A stretch of 64,000 nt of DNA from an uncultured Oscillospiraceae bacterium (GTDB taxonomy: Bacteria > Bacillota > Clostridia > Oscillospirales > Oscillospiraceae). Of the stretch, positions 55,203-63,443 are shown in pieces. The notes beneath the pieces are model-generated. The model had not been told where the DNA came from, made no database searches, and was given only the letters and a program-made list of their open reading frames with translations. The stretch is from positions 17,823 through 81,822 of the forward strand of contig CAMVRT010000008.1 of the NCBI GenBank assembly GCA_947169975.1, given 5' to 3'. Within the stretch, counting starts at the first letter, position 1. Every line of letters begins with the position of its first letter. Made by a program: the position numbers and the translations under genes.

Positions 55203-56009
55203 TTACAGGATATCGGAGATGGAGCGGATGGTGCGGCGGTAGACCCACAGCGCCAGCGCCAGCAGCACCGCGTACACGATGCCGATGTTCAGCAGATACC
55301 GGGGATCCTCCCAGAACCAGATCTTGTAGACCAGGCTGTTGCGGTAGCCGTAGACCACGTAGGTGACGGGGTTGTAGCGCAGGAAGGACAGCAGGATGGC
55401 GTTCTTGACCCGCAGCACGTCGTACATGACGCCGGAGAGCCAGAAGAGGGCGGTGGTGACGGACTTCACCAGATTCATGAAGTCCTTGCTGATGACGCTC
55501 AGCATGCCGGCAAACAGGGACCAGGTGGTGAAGAAGAGGAACATCAGCAGGGCGTAGAAGGGCAGCTGCGCCCAGTAGATATCGGGCTTGTGGCCTGCGA
55601 TGAGGAAGATGGCCAGCACGATGGCGGTGAGAAACAGGTTCACCACGAAGTTGGACAGGCTGACGATGGTGGGGATGGTGGACACAGGGTATCGCACCTT
55701 TTTGACCAGGTAGCTGTACTTGCGGATGGAGCCGGCGCCGCCGGTAAAGGTGTTGGAGATATAGAACCAGGGCACGAAGCCGGAGATGAGCCACAGGAAG
55801 TAGGAGTAGTCCCCGATGGGTTTGCCGTGGCGCAGGCCGATGGAGAAGGTGACGTAGTAGATGAGGATGGTGATGGTGGGACGGATGACGGCCCAGGCCC
55901 ATCCCAGTGATGCGCCGCGGTAGGTGCGGACCAGATCGGACTTGGCCAGCTTCAGGATGTGGCCGGCGTACCGGGAGTGGTCCCGTATGATCTCTCGAAA
56001 TGTATTCAT
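55203..56009 (-). CDS. tagG: ABC-2 type polymer-export permease (TagG-like)
   Basis: Has 6 TM segments. Start set to ATG 56009 (AAGGAAG 7 nt upstream); the track ORF begins at a TTG 6 nt earlier. Confidence 0.8.
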   Translation of the reverse strand: MNTFREIIRDHSRYAGHILKLAKSDLVRTYRGASLGWAWAVIRPTITILIYYVTFSIGLRHGKPIGDYSYFLWLISGFVPWFYISNTFTGGAGSIRKYSYLVKKVRYPVSTIPTIVSLSNFVVNLFLTAIVLAIFLIAGHKPDIYWAQLPFYALLMFLFFTTWSLFAGMLSVISKDFMNLVKSVTTALFWLSGVMYDVLRVKNAILLSFLRYNPVTYVVYGYRNSLVYKIWFWEDPRYLLNIGIVYAVLLALALWVYRRTIRSISDIL

Positions 56010-56027
56010 TGGCAAACTTCCTTGTTC

Positions 56028-56714
56028 TTACCGCGCGCCCTTCTGGGATGCGGCGAAGGGAATGGTTTTCAGCAGGCAGTAAAGATCCAGCTTGATGGAT
56101 CTTGTGGCGGCGTACTCGGCGTCGATGCGGGCCTTCTCCTTGTAGGAGATGTCGTCCCGTCCCCGAATCTGGGCAAGGCCTGTGATGCCGGGCTTGCACG
56201 CGAACACGCCGTACTTCTCTCGCAGGGCGTTGAGCTTCTTCTCCGTCAGCACCACGGGGCGGAAGCCCACCAGCGACATCTCGCCCTTGAGCACATTGAT
56301 GAGCTGAGGCAGCTCGTCCAGACTGGTCTTGCGCAGAAACCGTCCGAAGGGCGTGATGTAGGAGTCGGCGTTCTTCAGCAGCGACGTGGCCACGTCGTGA
56401 GGCGCGTCGTAGACCATGGTGCGGAACTTGTAGATGGTGAACACCTTGCCGTGCTGTCCCACCCGCTCCTGCTTGATGAAGGTAGGCCCTTTGGTGCTGC
56501 ACCACACGCAGGCGCCGATGATGAGCATGGGGATGCAGGCCAGCAGCAGTCCCACCACGGCGGCGAACAGGTCGAAGGCCCGCTTCACGCAGGAATAGAG
56601 GCGCAGCCGTCGGGGATCCTGTGGCGGATACTCCGGCAGCGCAGGCTGATTCACTTCAGGCGCGGTCACCGCAGGGTTGACCTGCTCGTCCCGCTGGATC
56701 GTTGTCATTTCCAT
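56028..56714 (-). CDS. small polyprenyl-phosphate sugar-1-phosphate transferase (bacterial sugar transferase family, PglC/EpsL-like)
   Basis: KRAFDLFAAVVGLLL, ERVGQHGKVFTIYKFRTM, SLDELPQLINVLKGEMSLVG(F)RP, GITGLAQI. Confidence 0.9.
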   Translation of the reverse strand: MEMTTIQRDEQVNPAVTAPEVNQPALPEYPPQDPRRLRLYSCVKRAFDLFAAVVGLLLACIPMLIIGACVWCSTKGPTFIKQERVGQHGKVFTIYKFRTMVYDAPHDVATSLLKNADSYITPFGRFLRKTSLDELPQLINVLKGEMSLVGFRPVVLTEKKLNALREKYGVFACKPGITGLAQIRGRDDISYKEKARIDAEYAATRSIKLDLYCLLKTIPFAASQKGAR

Positions 56715-56800
56715 ATCTGTAACCCCCGTCCCGTTACCGGATCGCTCCGGTCCAATGGCCCTGATGGGCAGATGGGTGCAATCTACACATTATCTATAGC

Positions 56801-56829
56801 ATCATACCTTTTTTGCCGCCATTCGTCAA
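56801..56829 (-). promoter_or_regulatory. sigmaA-type promoter of the 13-gene operon
   Basis: On the minus strand: TTGACG, 17 nt, TATGAT. The leader is about 85 nt. Confidence 0.55.
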
Positions 56830-57069
56830 GCATAATCCCCATATTTGGTCTACTGTTTGACAGGAAACCTGTTTTTTCTCCCCTCTTCCCTGTGACAGTG
56901 CTCTTTCCCCCTGTCATTGCGAGGAGCGAAGGGTTGCGGCAATCCGTATTTCTCGTGCCGCCGCGCTCGCCGTGCTCCATTATATCAGCGCCGCCGTCGC
57001 CGGACAAGTGAACATCCTGCCAACTCCGCCTGATTTTTCCCGCCGCCGAAAGCAAAGCGAAAAGCAAAT

Positions 57070-57106
57070 CGAAAAGCAAAACAGCGGCCGCCGAACGACC
57101 GCTGTT
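57070..57106 (-). terminator. rho-independent terminator
   Basis: Minus strand: acagcggtcgttcggcggccgctgt followed by tttgcttttcgatttgcttt. Confidence 0.7.
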
Positions 57107-57125
57107 TTGGAATATTCTGTCAATT

Positions 57126-57827
57126 TTATCCATTCCTGCCGATACGGGAGAATGTGGCGGGGAACGTCACAAACCCCGGCAGGCCGTCGGTGTCGCCGCC
57201 GCTGAGCGTCAGCGTTTTGCCATCCAGCTGATAGGGGGAGCTCCAGCCGGCAGCGGCAGCCTCCGTCGCCGCATCCCCGGACAGGCACAGCAGGCCGTCC
57301 TTCAGGGCATACTTGCCGGTTATGCTCTCCGTTTCAAGCAGAGCGGTCAGGTCGATCGCTTCCAGCCGCTCCAGGCACATATCCTCCCAGGTGCCGTAGC
57401 CGATCATGCCCACGTAGCCGTCCAGCTGCTCGTCGCCGATCTCCTCCGGCTTTACGTGCTGCTGCTCCGCCAGTTCCCGGCGCGTCTGTTCCTTCATCAC
57501 CACAGCCATGCGCGCGGCGGCGTCCCGGAGCAGCCGCTGGGCGCCGTCGGCGGGGATGCCGGCGGTATAGGTGCCGTCGGCGTTGAAGGTGATCTGATAC
57601 GGCAGCCCCAGGCCGGTGAAGTCCGCGTCGGCGAACAGGTTGTCCAAAGCCGCCGCCTGCTCCTTCACCGTTTCTGACACGTCAAAGGCGGTCTCCCACC
57701 GTCCGGTGATCAGCTCCACGTCGGTTTTCTTTCTCTCGGGCTCTTTCTTCTCGCCGCAGCCCGCCAATGCCGCCAGCATACACACGGCTGCCAGTACCAG
57801 CGCCGCCATCTTCTGAATCCGGCTCAT
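57126..57827 (-). CDS. lipoprotein (paralog family with 58001-58717 and 60030-60815)
   Basis: Start ATG 57827 after GGGAGGGG. Has MSRIQKMAALVLAAVCMLAALAGCG lipobox and the shared (D/E)(A/V)ELI.G(K/R)WE and GKYALKDG motifs. Confidence 0.72.
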   Translation of the reverse strand: MSRIQKMAALVLAAVCMLAALAGCGEKKEPERKKTDVELITGRWETAFDVSETVKEQAAALDNLFADADFTGLGLPYQITFNADGTYTAGIPADGAQRLLRDAAARMAVVMKEQTRRELAEQQHVKPEEIGDEQLDGYVGMIGYGTWEDMCLERLEAIDLTALLETESITGKYALKDGLLCLSGDAATEAAAAGWSSPYQLDGKTLTLSGGDTDGLPGFVTFPATFSRIGRNG

Positions 57828-57873
57828 TGAGACCCCTCCCGATGCTTCGGTGTTTTCGCCTTTGTTATCTCCT

Positions 57874-57902
57874 ATCATACATAACCTGCGCCGTCTTGTC
57901 AA
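57874..57902 (-). promoter_or_regulatory. sigmaA-type promoter
   Basis: On the minus strand: TTGACA, 17 nt, TATGAT. Confidence 0.55.
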
Positions 57903-57907
57903 GAACG

Positions 57908-57947
57908 ACAAAACGCAGCGATCCCCCGGCATCTGCTGGGGGATCGC
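57908..57947 (-). terminator. rho-independent terminator
   Basis: Minus strand: gcgatcccccagcagatgccgggggatcgc plus tgcgttttgt. Confidence 0.65.
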
Positions 57948-58000
57948 ACGGTATTTGTCAAATTGTCATTTGTCAATCTGTCAGATCGCGGTCAGCTCCA

Positions 58001-58717
58001 TCAGCCCGCGCGCTTGAAGGACAGATCCAGCTTCGCGCCGTCCTTATCCAGCTTAAAGGTCAGCTTGTCGCTGGTGACGGTGTAATTGGTGCCGTCGTCC
58101 TCATCGGGATCAGTGTCCTCATCGTCGGACATATACAGCTTGCCGTCCTTGAGCTCGTATTTGCCCTCGTAGGTGCCGTCCTCGAGCTTCATCTGATCGG
58201 TGCCCGCCTGCTCGAGAATCATCTCGCCCACTTCCTTCCAGGAAGCTGCGCCGGCCTGCTCGCGCACCTGCTCCAGCATCTCGTCGGTGATCTCGCTGGG
58301 ATCCATGCCTGCGCCATCGGCAATCACAGCACGCAGAAGCTTTTTGACGGCTTTTTCGTCGCTTGTCAGCCGGGTCATGAGTGTCTTCATGGCGGACTGA
58401 TAGCTCTTCTCGTCCATTTCAGCACGATAAGTACCGTCATCCTTGAATTCGGCACTCATTTTGATGGTGAGATCGGAGGCGTCGATTGCATCCATGATGT
58501 CAAGAAACATCTCTGCGTCGGCGCCGGCTCCAGCCTCGCTCATTGCATCAAACAACTTTTCGAGTTCGATCGCGCCCTCCCACTTGCCGACGATCAGCTC
58601 GGCGTCGGACTTCTTCTCGTCCTTGTCGTCCTTGCTGCCGCAGCCTGCCAGAGCGCCCAATACCATGGCCAGCATCATAATGACAGCCAGCACACGTGTC
58701 AGATGAAACTTCTTCAT
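58001..58717 (-). CDS. lipoprotein (paralog family)
   Basis: RBS GGAGGGA. MKKFHLTRVLAVIMMLAMVLGALAGCG, DAELIVGKWE, MSAEFKDDGTY, GKYELKDGKLY. Confidence 0.75.
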   Translation of the reverse strand: MKKFHLTRVLAVIMMLAMVLGALAGCGSKDDKDEKKSDAELIVGKWEGAIELEKLFDAMSEAGAGADAEMFLDIMDAIDASDLTIKMSAEFKDDGTYRAEMDEKSYQSAMKTLMTRLTSDEKAVKKLLRAVIADGAGMDPSEITDEMLEQVREQAGAASWKEVGEMILEQAGTDQMKLEDGTYEGKYELKDGKLYMSDDEDTDPDEDDGTNYTVTSDKLTFKLDKDGAKLDLSFKRAG

Positions 58718-58770
58718 AGTATCCCTCCATGTTATTTTTTCGACCGTTCACCCGGGCCGATGTTATATAG

Positions 58771-58799
58771 ATTGTATTCGTTTCTCAATTTCCTGTCAA
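58771..58799 (-). promoter_or_regulatory. sigmaA-type promoter
   Basis: On the minus strand: TTGACA, 17 nt, TACAAT. Confidence 0.55.
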
Positions 58800-58843
58800 G
58801 AAACAGTTTGCCCCTGTTCGCGCATCTCCCGTCCGGCGATGTT

Positions 58844-59809
58844 CTAATCCAGGTAATCCAGCTCGCTCAGGTCCACAGGCTCCCTGAGATAAGGCAGCTT
58901 CTTCACATATTTGATGGGAATGACGATATTCATGTTCTGCCCGTCGGTATATGTCGCCGTGGTGACGCCGATAGCATTTCCGTCCTCATTCAGCAGAACG
59001 CCGCCGCTGCTGCCGCTGGAGATGGGCGCTGTCGTCAGGATGATATCAACGCCGTTGTCCCGGTACAGCGCGCTGACAACGCCGTCGGAGAGCGTGTTGG
59101 CCTGTCCCAGGGGATAGCCGATGGCCACCACCTTGTCGCCCTGCTCGACCTTGTCGGAATCGCCCAGGGGGATGGGCCTGCACCCCAGATCGTCCTCACA
59201 CCGCAGGATGGCCAGATCCAGATCCCGGTCAAAGGCCAGTACCTCATCTGCCCGGGTGTAGTCCTCACCGTCAGCCGTATACGCCCTGATGCGGTACACG
59301 CCGTTGATAACATGGAAGTTGGTGACCAGTGTTACCCCGTCCTTGATCAGGAAGCCGCTGCCCGTTCCCACCATGTTTCCGCGCTTGTCGTACAGCTCCA
59401 GGAACAGGACGGATTGGGCAGGCAGCTTCGCTGCCTTGTCTTGCTCCGCTTCAGGCTGTTTGTCCCGCAGAAGGATGACGGCGAGGATGGCGGCGACAGC
59501 CAGCAGAGCGATCACGGGAATGACCCAGAGGAGGGCTTTTTTCTTTTTGGGCGGGGTTACCGCGCTGGGTGCGGCATATCCGGCAGGGGCTTCCATTCTC
59601 TGGGGTGATACGGCCGCAGGCTGAATGGGACGAGGGGTCGGCACGGCTGCGTTTGCCGCGGCGGGCTTCTGTGGGGATTGAAAGCTCGGTGCGTGGAAAT
59701 ACCCGCCGTTTTCCCCCCCGGTCCCCGTATCAGAGCTTCTTCTGCCGCAGGATGGACAAAAAGCATCGCCGCTCTGTAGTCCTTCTCCGCAAAACGGACA
59801 GTATTTCAT
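58844..59809 (-). CDS. zinc-ribbon, single-TM, trypsin-like (S1C/HtrA-like, no PDZ) serine protease
   Basis: MKYCPFCGEGLQSGDAFCPSCG is followed by a P/A-rich linker and one TM segment. The catalytic motifs are TNFHVI (His), DLAIL (Asp) and SSGSSGG (Ser). Confidence 0.8.
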   Translation of the reverse strand: MKYCPFCGEGLQSGDAFCPSCGRRSSDTGTGGENGGYFHAPSFQSPQKPAAANAAVPTPRPIQPAAVSPQRMEAPAGYAAPSAVTPPKKKKALLWVIPVIALLAVAAILAVILLRDKQPEAEQDKAAKLPAQSVLFLELYDKRGNMVGTGSGFLIKDGVTLVTNFHVINGVYRIRAYTADGEDYTRADEVLAFDRDLDLAILRCEDDLGCRPIPLGDSDKVEQGDKVVAIGYPLGQANTLSDGVVSALYRDNGVDIILTTAPISSGSSGGVLLNEDGNAIGVTTATYTDGQNMNIVIPIKYVKKLPYLREPVDLSELDYLD

Positions 59810-59969
59810 CCGCCGGCTCCTTTCTCCGCCGGATGCCGATCTCCCGCGGCATCCTTGTCCGGATATTCTGTAAAAAATGGGTCAGTGTCTGGTATTTACG
59901 GAAAAAGTATAGCTCACTTTTCGGAAAAACACAAGTGGTTCATGCTCTCCCCAGGCGTCTCCGGTACAG

Positions 59970-60004
59970 CAAAAGGCGGCGGCCTTTGCAGCCGTCGCCT
60001 TTTG
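59970..60004 (-). terminator. bidirectional hairpin terminator
   Basis: aaaaggcggcggcctttgcagccgtcgcctttt. Confidence 0.65.
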
Positions 60005-60029
60005 TAAACTGTCAGTGTTTGTCTGTCAA

Positions 60030-60815
60030 TCAGCCCATGCGCTGGAAGGTCAGGTTCTTCATGAAGTCGGGCATATCATCGGAGGTATCCTCCGTATGGA
60101 GCACCAGCTTGTCGCCGTTGAGCTCATAACGCATGGCCTCGCTGTCCTCTGTAGCCTCGCCGTTCCTGTCGGAATAGAGCTTGCCGTCCTTGATCATATA
60201 GCTGCCGGAGAACTCGCTCTGCTTGAACAGGGAGTCCACGTCCATGGACTGACGCATCAGATTGCCGAAATCCTCCCAGGAGGAGAGGCCCATGCTGGTC
60301 AGCGCCTGCTCCAGCACGTCGTCAGTGACCTCGCTGATGTCCACGCCGGCCTGCTCGGCGATGGCCTTGCGCATGATCTCGGGCATGGCCTCCACGATCC
60401 GATCCACAAACTGATCCATAGCCGCCTGAGCGCTGTCCTTATCCATCTGCAGGGCAAGGGTATTGTCGTCCTTAAACTCCGCGGTCATCCGCATGGAGAT
60501 GCCGCTGAAGTCAATGTCCTTGAACATCTCGCCGCCCTCGGACTCGGTCAGAGCCTGGGCAAAAGCGTCTTCCAGATCGATATTGGTCTCCCACTTGCCG
60601 ATGATCAGCTCGGCGTCGGTCTTGACGACCTCGGCGGGCTCTTCCTTCTTGCCGTCATCCTTCTTGCCGGTGTCCTTGTCGCCGGACTGGGTGGTGGGCT
60701 CGTTCTTCTTGTCGTCCTCGTCGTCGTCCTTGCCGCCGCAGCCTGCCAGAACGCTCATCACCATGGCCAGCATCATGACGATGACCAGCATGCGGGTGAA
60801 AATGTTTTTCTTCAT
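60030..60815 (-). CDS. lipoprotein (paralog family)
   Basis: Start ATG 60815 (GGAGG 8 nt upstream). MKKNIFTRMLVIVMMLAMVMSVLAGCG, DAELIIGKWE, MTAEFKDDNT, GSYMIKDGKLY. Confidence 0.75.
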   Translation of the reverse strand: MKKNIFTRMLVIVMMLAMVMSVLAGCGGKDDDEDDKKNEPTTQSGDKDTGKKDDGKKEEPAEVVKTDAELIIGKWETNIDLEDAFAQALTESEGGEMFKDIDFSGISMRMTAEFKDDNTLALQMDKDSAQAAMDQFVDRIVEAMPEIMRKAIAEQAGVDISEVTDDVLEQALTSMGLSSWEDFGNLMRQSMDVDSLFKQSEFSGSYMIKDGKLYSDRNGEATEDSEAMRYELNGDKLVLHTEDTSDDMPDFMKNLTFQRMG

Positions 60816-60875
60816 TTCATAATCCTCCATTTTTTGTCGGTCATTTCCGGCCTGAAGCCGAAGTCCGCTTTGTTT

Positions 60876-60904
60876 ATCATATCCGGTTTTCCCCTCCCTG
60901 TCAA
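60876..60904 (-). promoter_or_regulatory. sigmaA-type promoter
   Basis: On the minus strand: TTGACA, 17 nt, TATGAT. Confidence 0.55.
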
Positions 60905-60935
60905 GCAGAACATCCTGCCGCCCGTGGGCGCATGG

Positions 60936-61955
60936 TCACGCTCCGTCCACCGCGTCGTTGAAAAAGGTCAGGATCTGCTCCATAAAGGGCTGATCCAGCT
61001 GGTTGGCCCGGGCCTTGTCCACCCGCTGTCCCTCCTTAAGGCCGCCCACATACTCCGCCGCCGCCGGGGAGAGCCACGGGGTGTTGTGCTCGTTGCGCCA
61101 GGCGGTGTCCACCGTCATTACCGTCACGTTGGGGTTTTGGTATGCGCCGCGTCCGGCCAGTCCCAGCTCATGGGGCACCAGATCGTCGGAGCTGCTCTCC
61201 ACCGCCAGCACGGGGACCCGGCTGCGGCTGACGGCGTCCACGGCGGACACATCGGCGTCGGCGCCGAAGAGGAAGTAGCTCTCCAGCAGCAGGAAGGGGT
61301 ACTGTGCGTCGGCCAGCACGCCCACGCGCTGCCGGGCGTGGTAGAGCATGACGGCGGCGGGGGAATCAAAGGCGCACAGGCACACGGCGGCCCGTACACC
61401 GTAGTCCCCGTCCAGCACGGTGGCGGCGGCGTAAGCGCCTGCGCTGTGTCCGTACAGCACCAGCGGCAGCGTCTCCCCTGTTCTCTCGCGGTAGTCCAGA
61501 TAGGCCAGCAGATCCAGCCGGATCTGCTGCAGGCCCATGATTCCACGCCCCCCACTGCCGCCCAGGCCGGTGGCGTCCCAGGTGACCACGGTCCAGCCGT
61601 GATCCACGAAGTACATGATTTCCGCCAGATGGGAGTCCATGCCGGCGCCGATGCCGTTGATGACCGCGATTTCGCCTTTGGCGCGGCGGGCCTCGTAGCG
61701 GCAGGCGCTGATGGCATGTCCGCAGGAGTCGAAGGAGAACGCGGTGCGGGGATAGGCGGCGCTGTCCACGTCGGCATAGGTATAGCGGATGTCGCTCACC
61801 CCGTCCCTGCGGGGGAACAGCACCCGGAACATGACGGCGGAGAGCAGCATGGAGCCCAGCGAGTAAATCAGCAGTACGGTCACGAGGATCTTCAGACCTT
61901 TCCGGATCGAGATTCCGCGCCGGCTGCGGGAGCAGCGGTCATTCACTTGTGTCAT
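60936..61955 (-). CDS. alpha/beta hydrolase with N-terminal TM anchor
   Basis: Start ATG 61955 after GAGAGGGGGG. Has GHSAGA nucleophile elbow and a single TM segment near the N-terminus. Confidence 0.7.
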   Translation of the reverse strand: MTQVNDRCSRSRRGISIRKGLKILVTVLLIYSLGSMLLSAVMFRVLFPRRDGVSDIRYTYADVDSAAYPRTAFSFDSCGHAISACRYEARRAKGEIAVINGIGAGMDSHLAEIMYFVDHGWTVVTWDATGLGGSGGRGIMGLQQIRLDLLAYLDYRERTGETLPLVLYGHSAGAYAAATVLDGDYGVRAAVCLCAFDSPAAVMLYHARQRVGVLADAQYPFLLLESYFLFGADADVSAVDAVSRSRVPVLAVESSSDDLVPHELGLAGRGAYQNPNVTVMTVDTAWRNEHNTPWLSPAAAEYVGGLKEGQRVDKARANQLDQPFMEQILTFFNDAVDGA

Positions 61956-62019
61956 CAGGGTGTTCCCCCCTCTCCGGCGCAATGCCAGTATTTCCCATCC
62001 GGCGTCCGTTTATACCGGG

Positions 62020-62059
62020 AAAAAGGAGACGCGCGGCGCCGCAGCGGCGTCGCGCGTCC
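62020..62059 (-). terminator. rho-independent terminator
   Basis: Minus strand: ggacgcgcgacgccgctgcggcgccgcgcgtctcc plus ttttt. Confidence 0.7.
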
Positions 62060-62073
62060 GATGTCTTACAGAA

Positions 62074-62376
62074 TCAGAATGAGGAAGTCACTTCCATCGC
62101 ATCGTTGATCTCTTCAAATCCGCCGCTGGCGACGCCGGCGATAATCAGGATCACCCAGATCACCACAAAGATGGTGCCGATGATGCCGAGGATCAGGCCC
62201 ACCTTGCTGAGGATGTAGCCCACCTTGGCCGCGCCGGTCAGGGTGCCGCCCTGTGCAATGTACTGATTGCCCTTCTTGCGGCCGATGGCGCCCAGAATGA
62301 TGCCGGGGATCGTCTCCAGTACCAGGCTGAGAATGCCGAATACCAGCAGATTGGGCTGATTGTTTCTCTGTTCCAT
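62074..62376 (-). CDS. small membrane protein (100 aa, 2-3 TM)
   Basis: Start ATG 62376 after GGGAGGG. It has its own promoter and terminator. I recognise no family. Confidence 0.6.
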   Translation of the reverse strand: MEQRNNQPNLLVFGILSLVLETIPGIILGAIGRKKGNQYIAQGGTLTGAAKVGYILSKVGLILGIIGTIFVVIWVILIIAGVASGGFEEINDAMEVTSSF

Positions 62377-62446
62377 AGTTTTTCCCTCCCTCAAATTTCG
62401 CTGCGATGAGGCAGAGGTTCCTTCCGCCTCCCGCATCTCTTCTGTC

Positions 62447-62475
62447 ATTATAGCAAGTTAAAGTGAAGAAAGCAA
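62447..62475 (-). promoter_or_regulatory. sigmaA-type promoter
   Basis: On the minus strand: TTGCTT, 17 nt, TGC-TATAAT. Confidence 0.55.
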
Positions 62476-62497
62476 GGAAAAATCGTAAAATGTGCGT

Positions 62498-63436
62498 TTA
62501 CGCCAGCTCCGCCAGGAACTGCCGGATGGCCTCGTCGTAGGGCTCGGGGGTGTTGATGCGGATCCGGGAGTGGGCTCCCCGGTCGAACCACACGATGCGC
62601 TTGGGCGCGGTGCATTTGTCGTACAGCTCCTGTGCCTTCTCCGGCAGGGAGAACTGATCCTCCCGGCTGTGGAGGAAGAGGATGGGCTTTTTCAGCCGGT
62701 CGATGCGCCACAGCGGCCCGTCGGTGACCACGTTGGCGCCGGAAAAGACGCGCATCATCAGCATGGTCAGGGGGATCACGGGGAATCGCGGGGCTTTGGG
62801 CCGGTCCAGCTTGATGTGGTTGAGGAAGGACTCGTAGAAGTTGACGTACATGCCCTCGGCGCTCATGCCCGCCACGTAGTCGGGACAGTTCTCGTCCACG
62901 GCGGCGAACAGGGCGGTGGACGCGCCGATGCAGATGCCGTGCATCATCACCTTTTGGTTGCCCAGCTCGTCGTGGAGCAGCCGGCACCAGCCCAGCACGT
63001 CCCGGTACTCCCGGTACCCCAGGGATGACACTCTGCCCTCGGACAGGCCGTGGGCCCGGTTGTCGATGACCAGCACGTTCCATCCGGCGCTGCGGAAGGG
63101 CTCGGCGAAAAAGTAGGAGTAGAGCAGGCACTCCGTCCGTCCGGCGATGATCAGGGCAGCGTTTTCCCCGCCGAAATCGAAATACTCGCCCACCAGACGC
63201 AGTCCGTCGCTGACGATGCTGACGTCCCGCTTGTGATCCTTCCACTTCTCGCCCCAGGCAAGGCCCTTGTTGTACAGGCGCACGTACTCCTCGTCGTCGG
63301 GAAAGCTGCACTTTCTGCCGAACTTATCCGGCTTGGTGCGCACCAGCAGGATGATGTAGATACCGGCTGACACCACCAGCGCAGGCAGCACGAACAGCAC
63401 CGCAACTGCCAGCAAAACATAGATCCACCAATCCAT
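62498..63436 (-). CDS. alpha/beta hydrolase with N-terminal TM anchor (GxCxG elbow)
   Basis: DNRAHGLSEG and HGICIGAST show Cys in the nucleophile position, as in dienelactone-hydrolase-like enzymes. LHSREDQF and GAHS are also present. Confidence 0.7.
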   Translation of the reverse strand: MDWWIYVLLAVAVLFVLPALVVSAGIYIILLVRTKPDKFGRKCSFPDDEEYVRLYNKGLAWGEKWKDHKRDVSIVSDGLRLVGEYFDFGGENAALIIAGRTECLLYSYFFAEPFRSAGWNVLVIDNRAHGLSEGRVSSLGYREYRDVLGWCRLLHDELGNQKVMMHGICIGASTALFAAVDENCPDYVAGMSAEGMYVNFYESFLNHIKLDRPKAPRFPVIPLTMLMMRVFSGANVVTDGPLWRIDRLKKPILFLHSREDQFSLPEKAQELYDKCTAPKRIVWFDRGAHSRIRINTPEPYDEAIRQFLAELA

Positions 63437-63443
63437 AGCAGCC

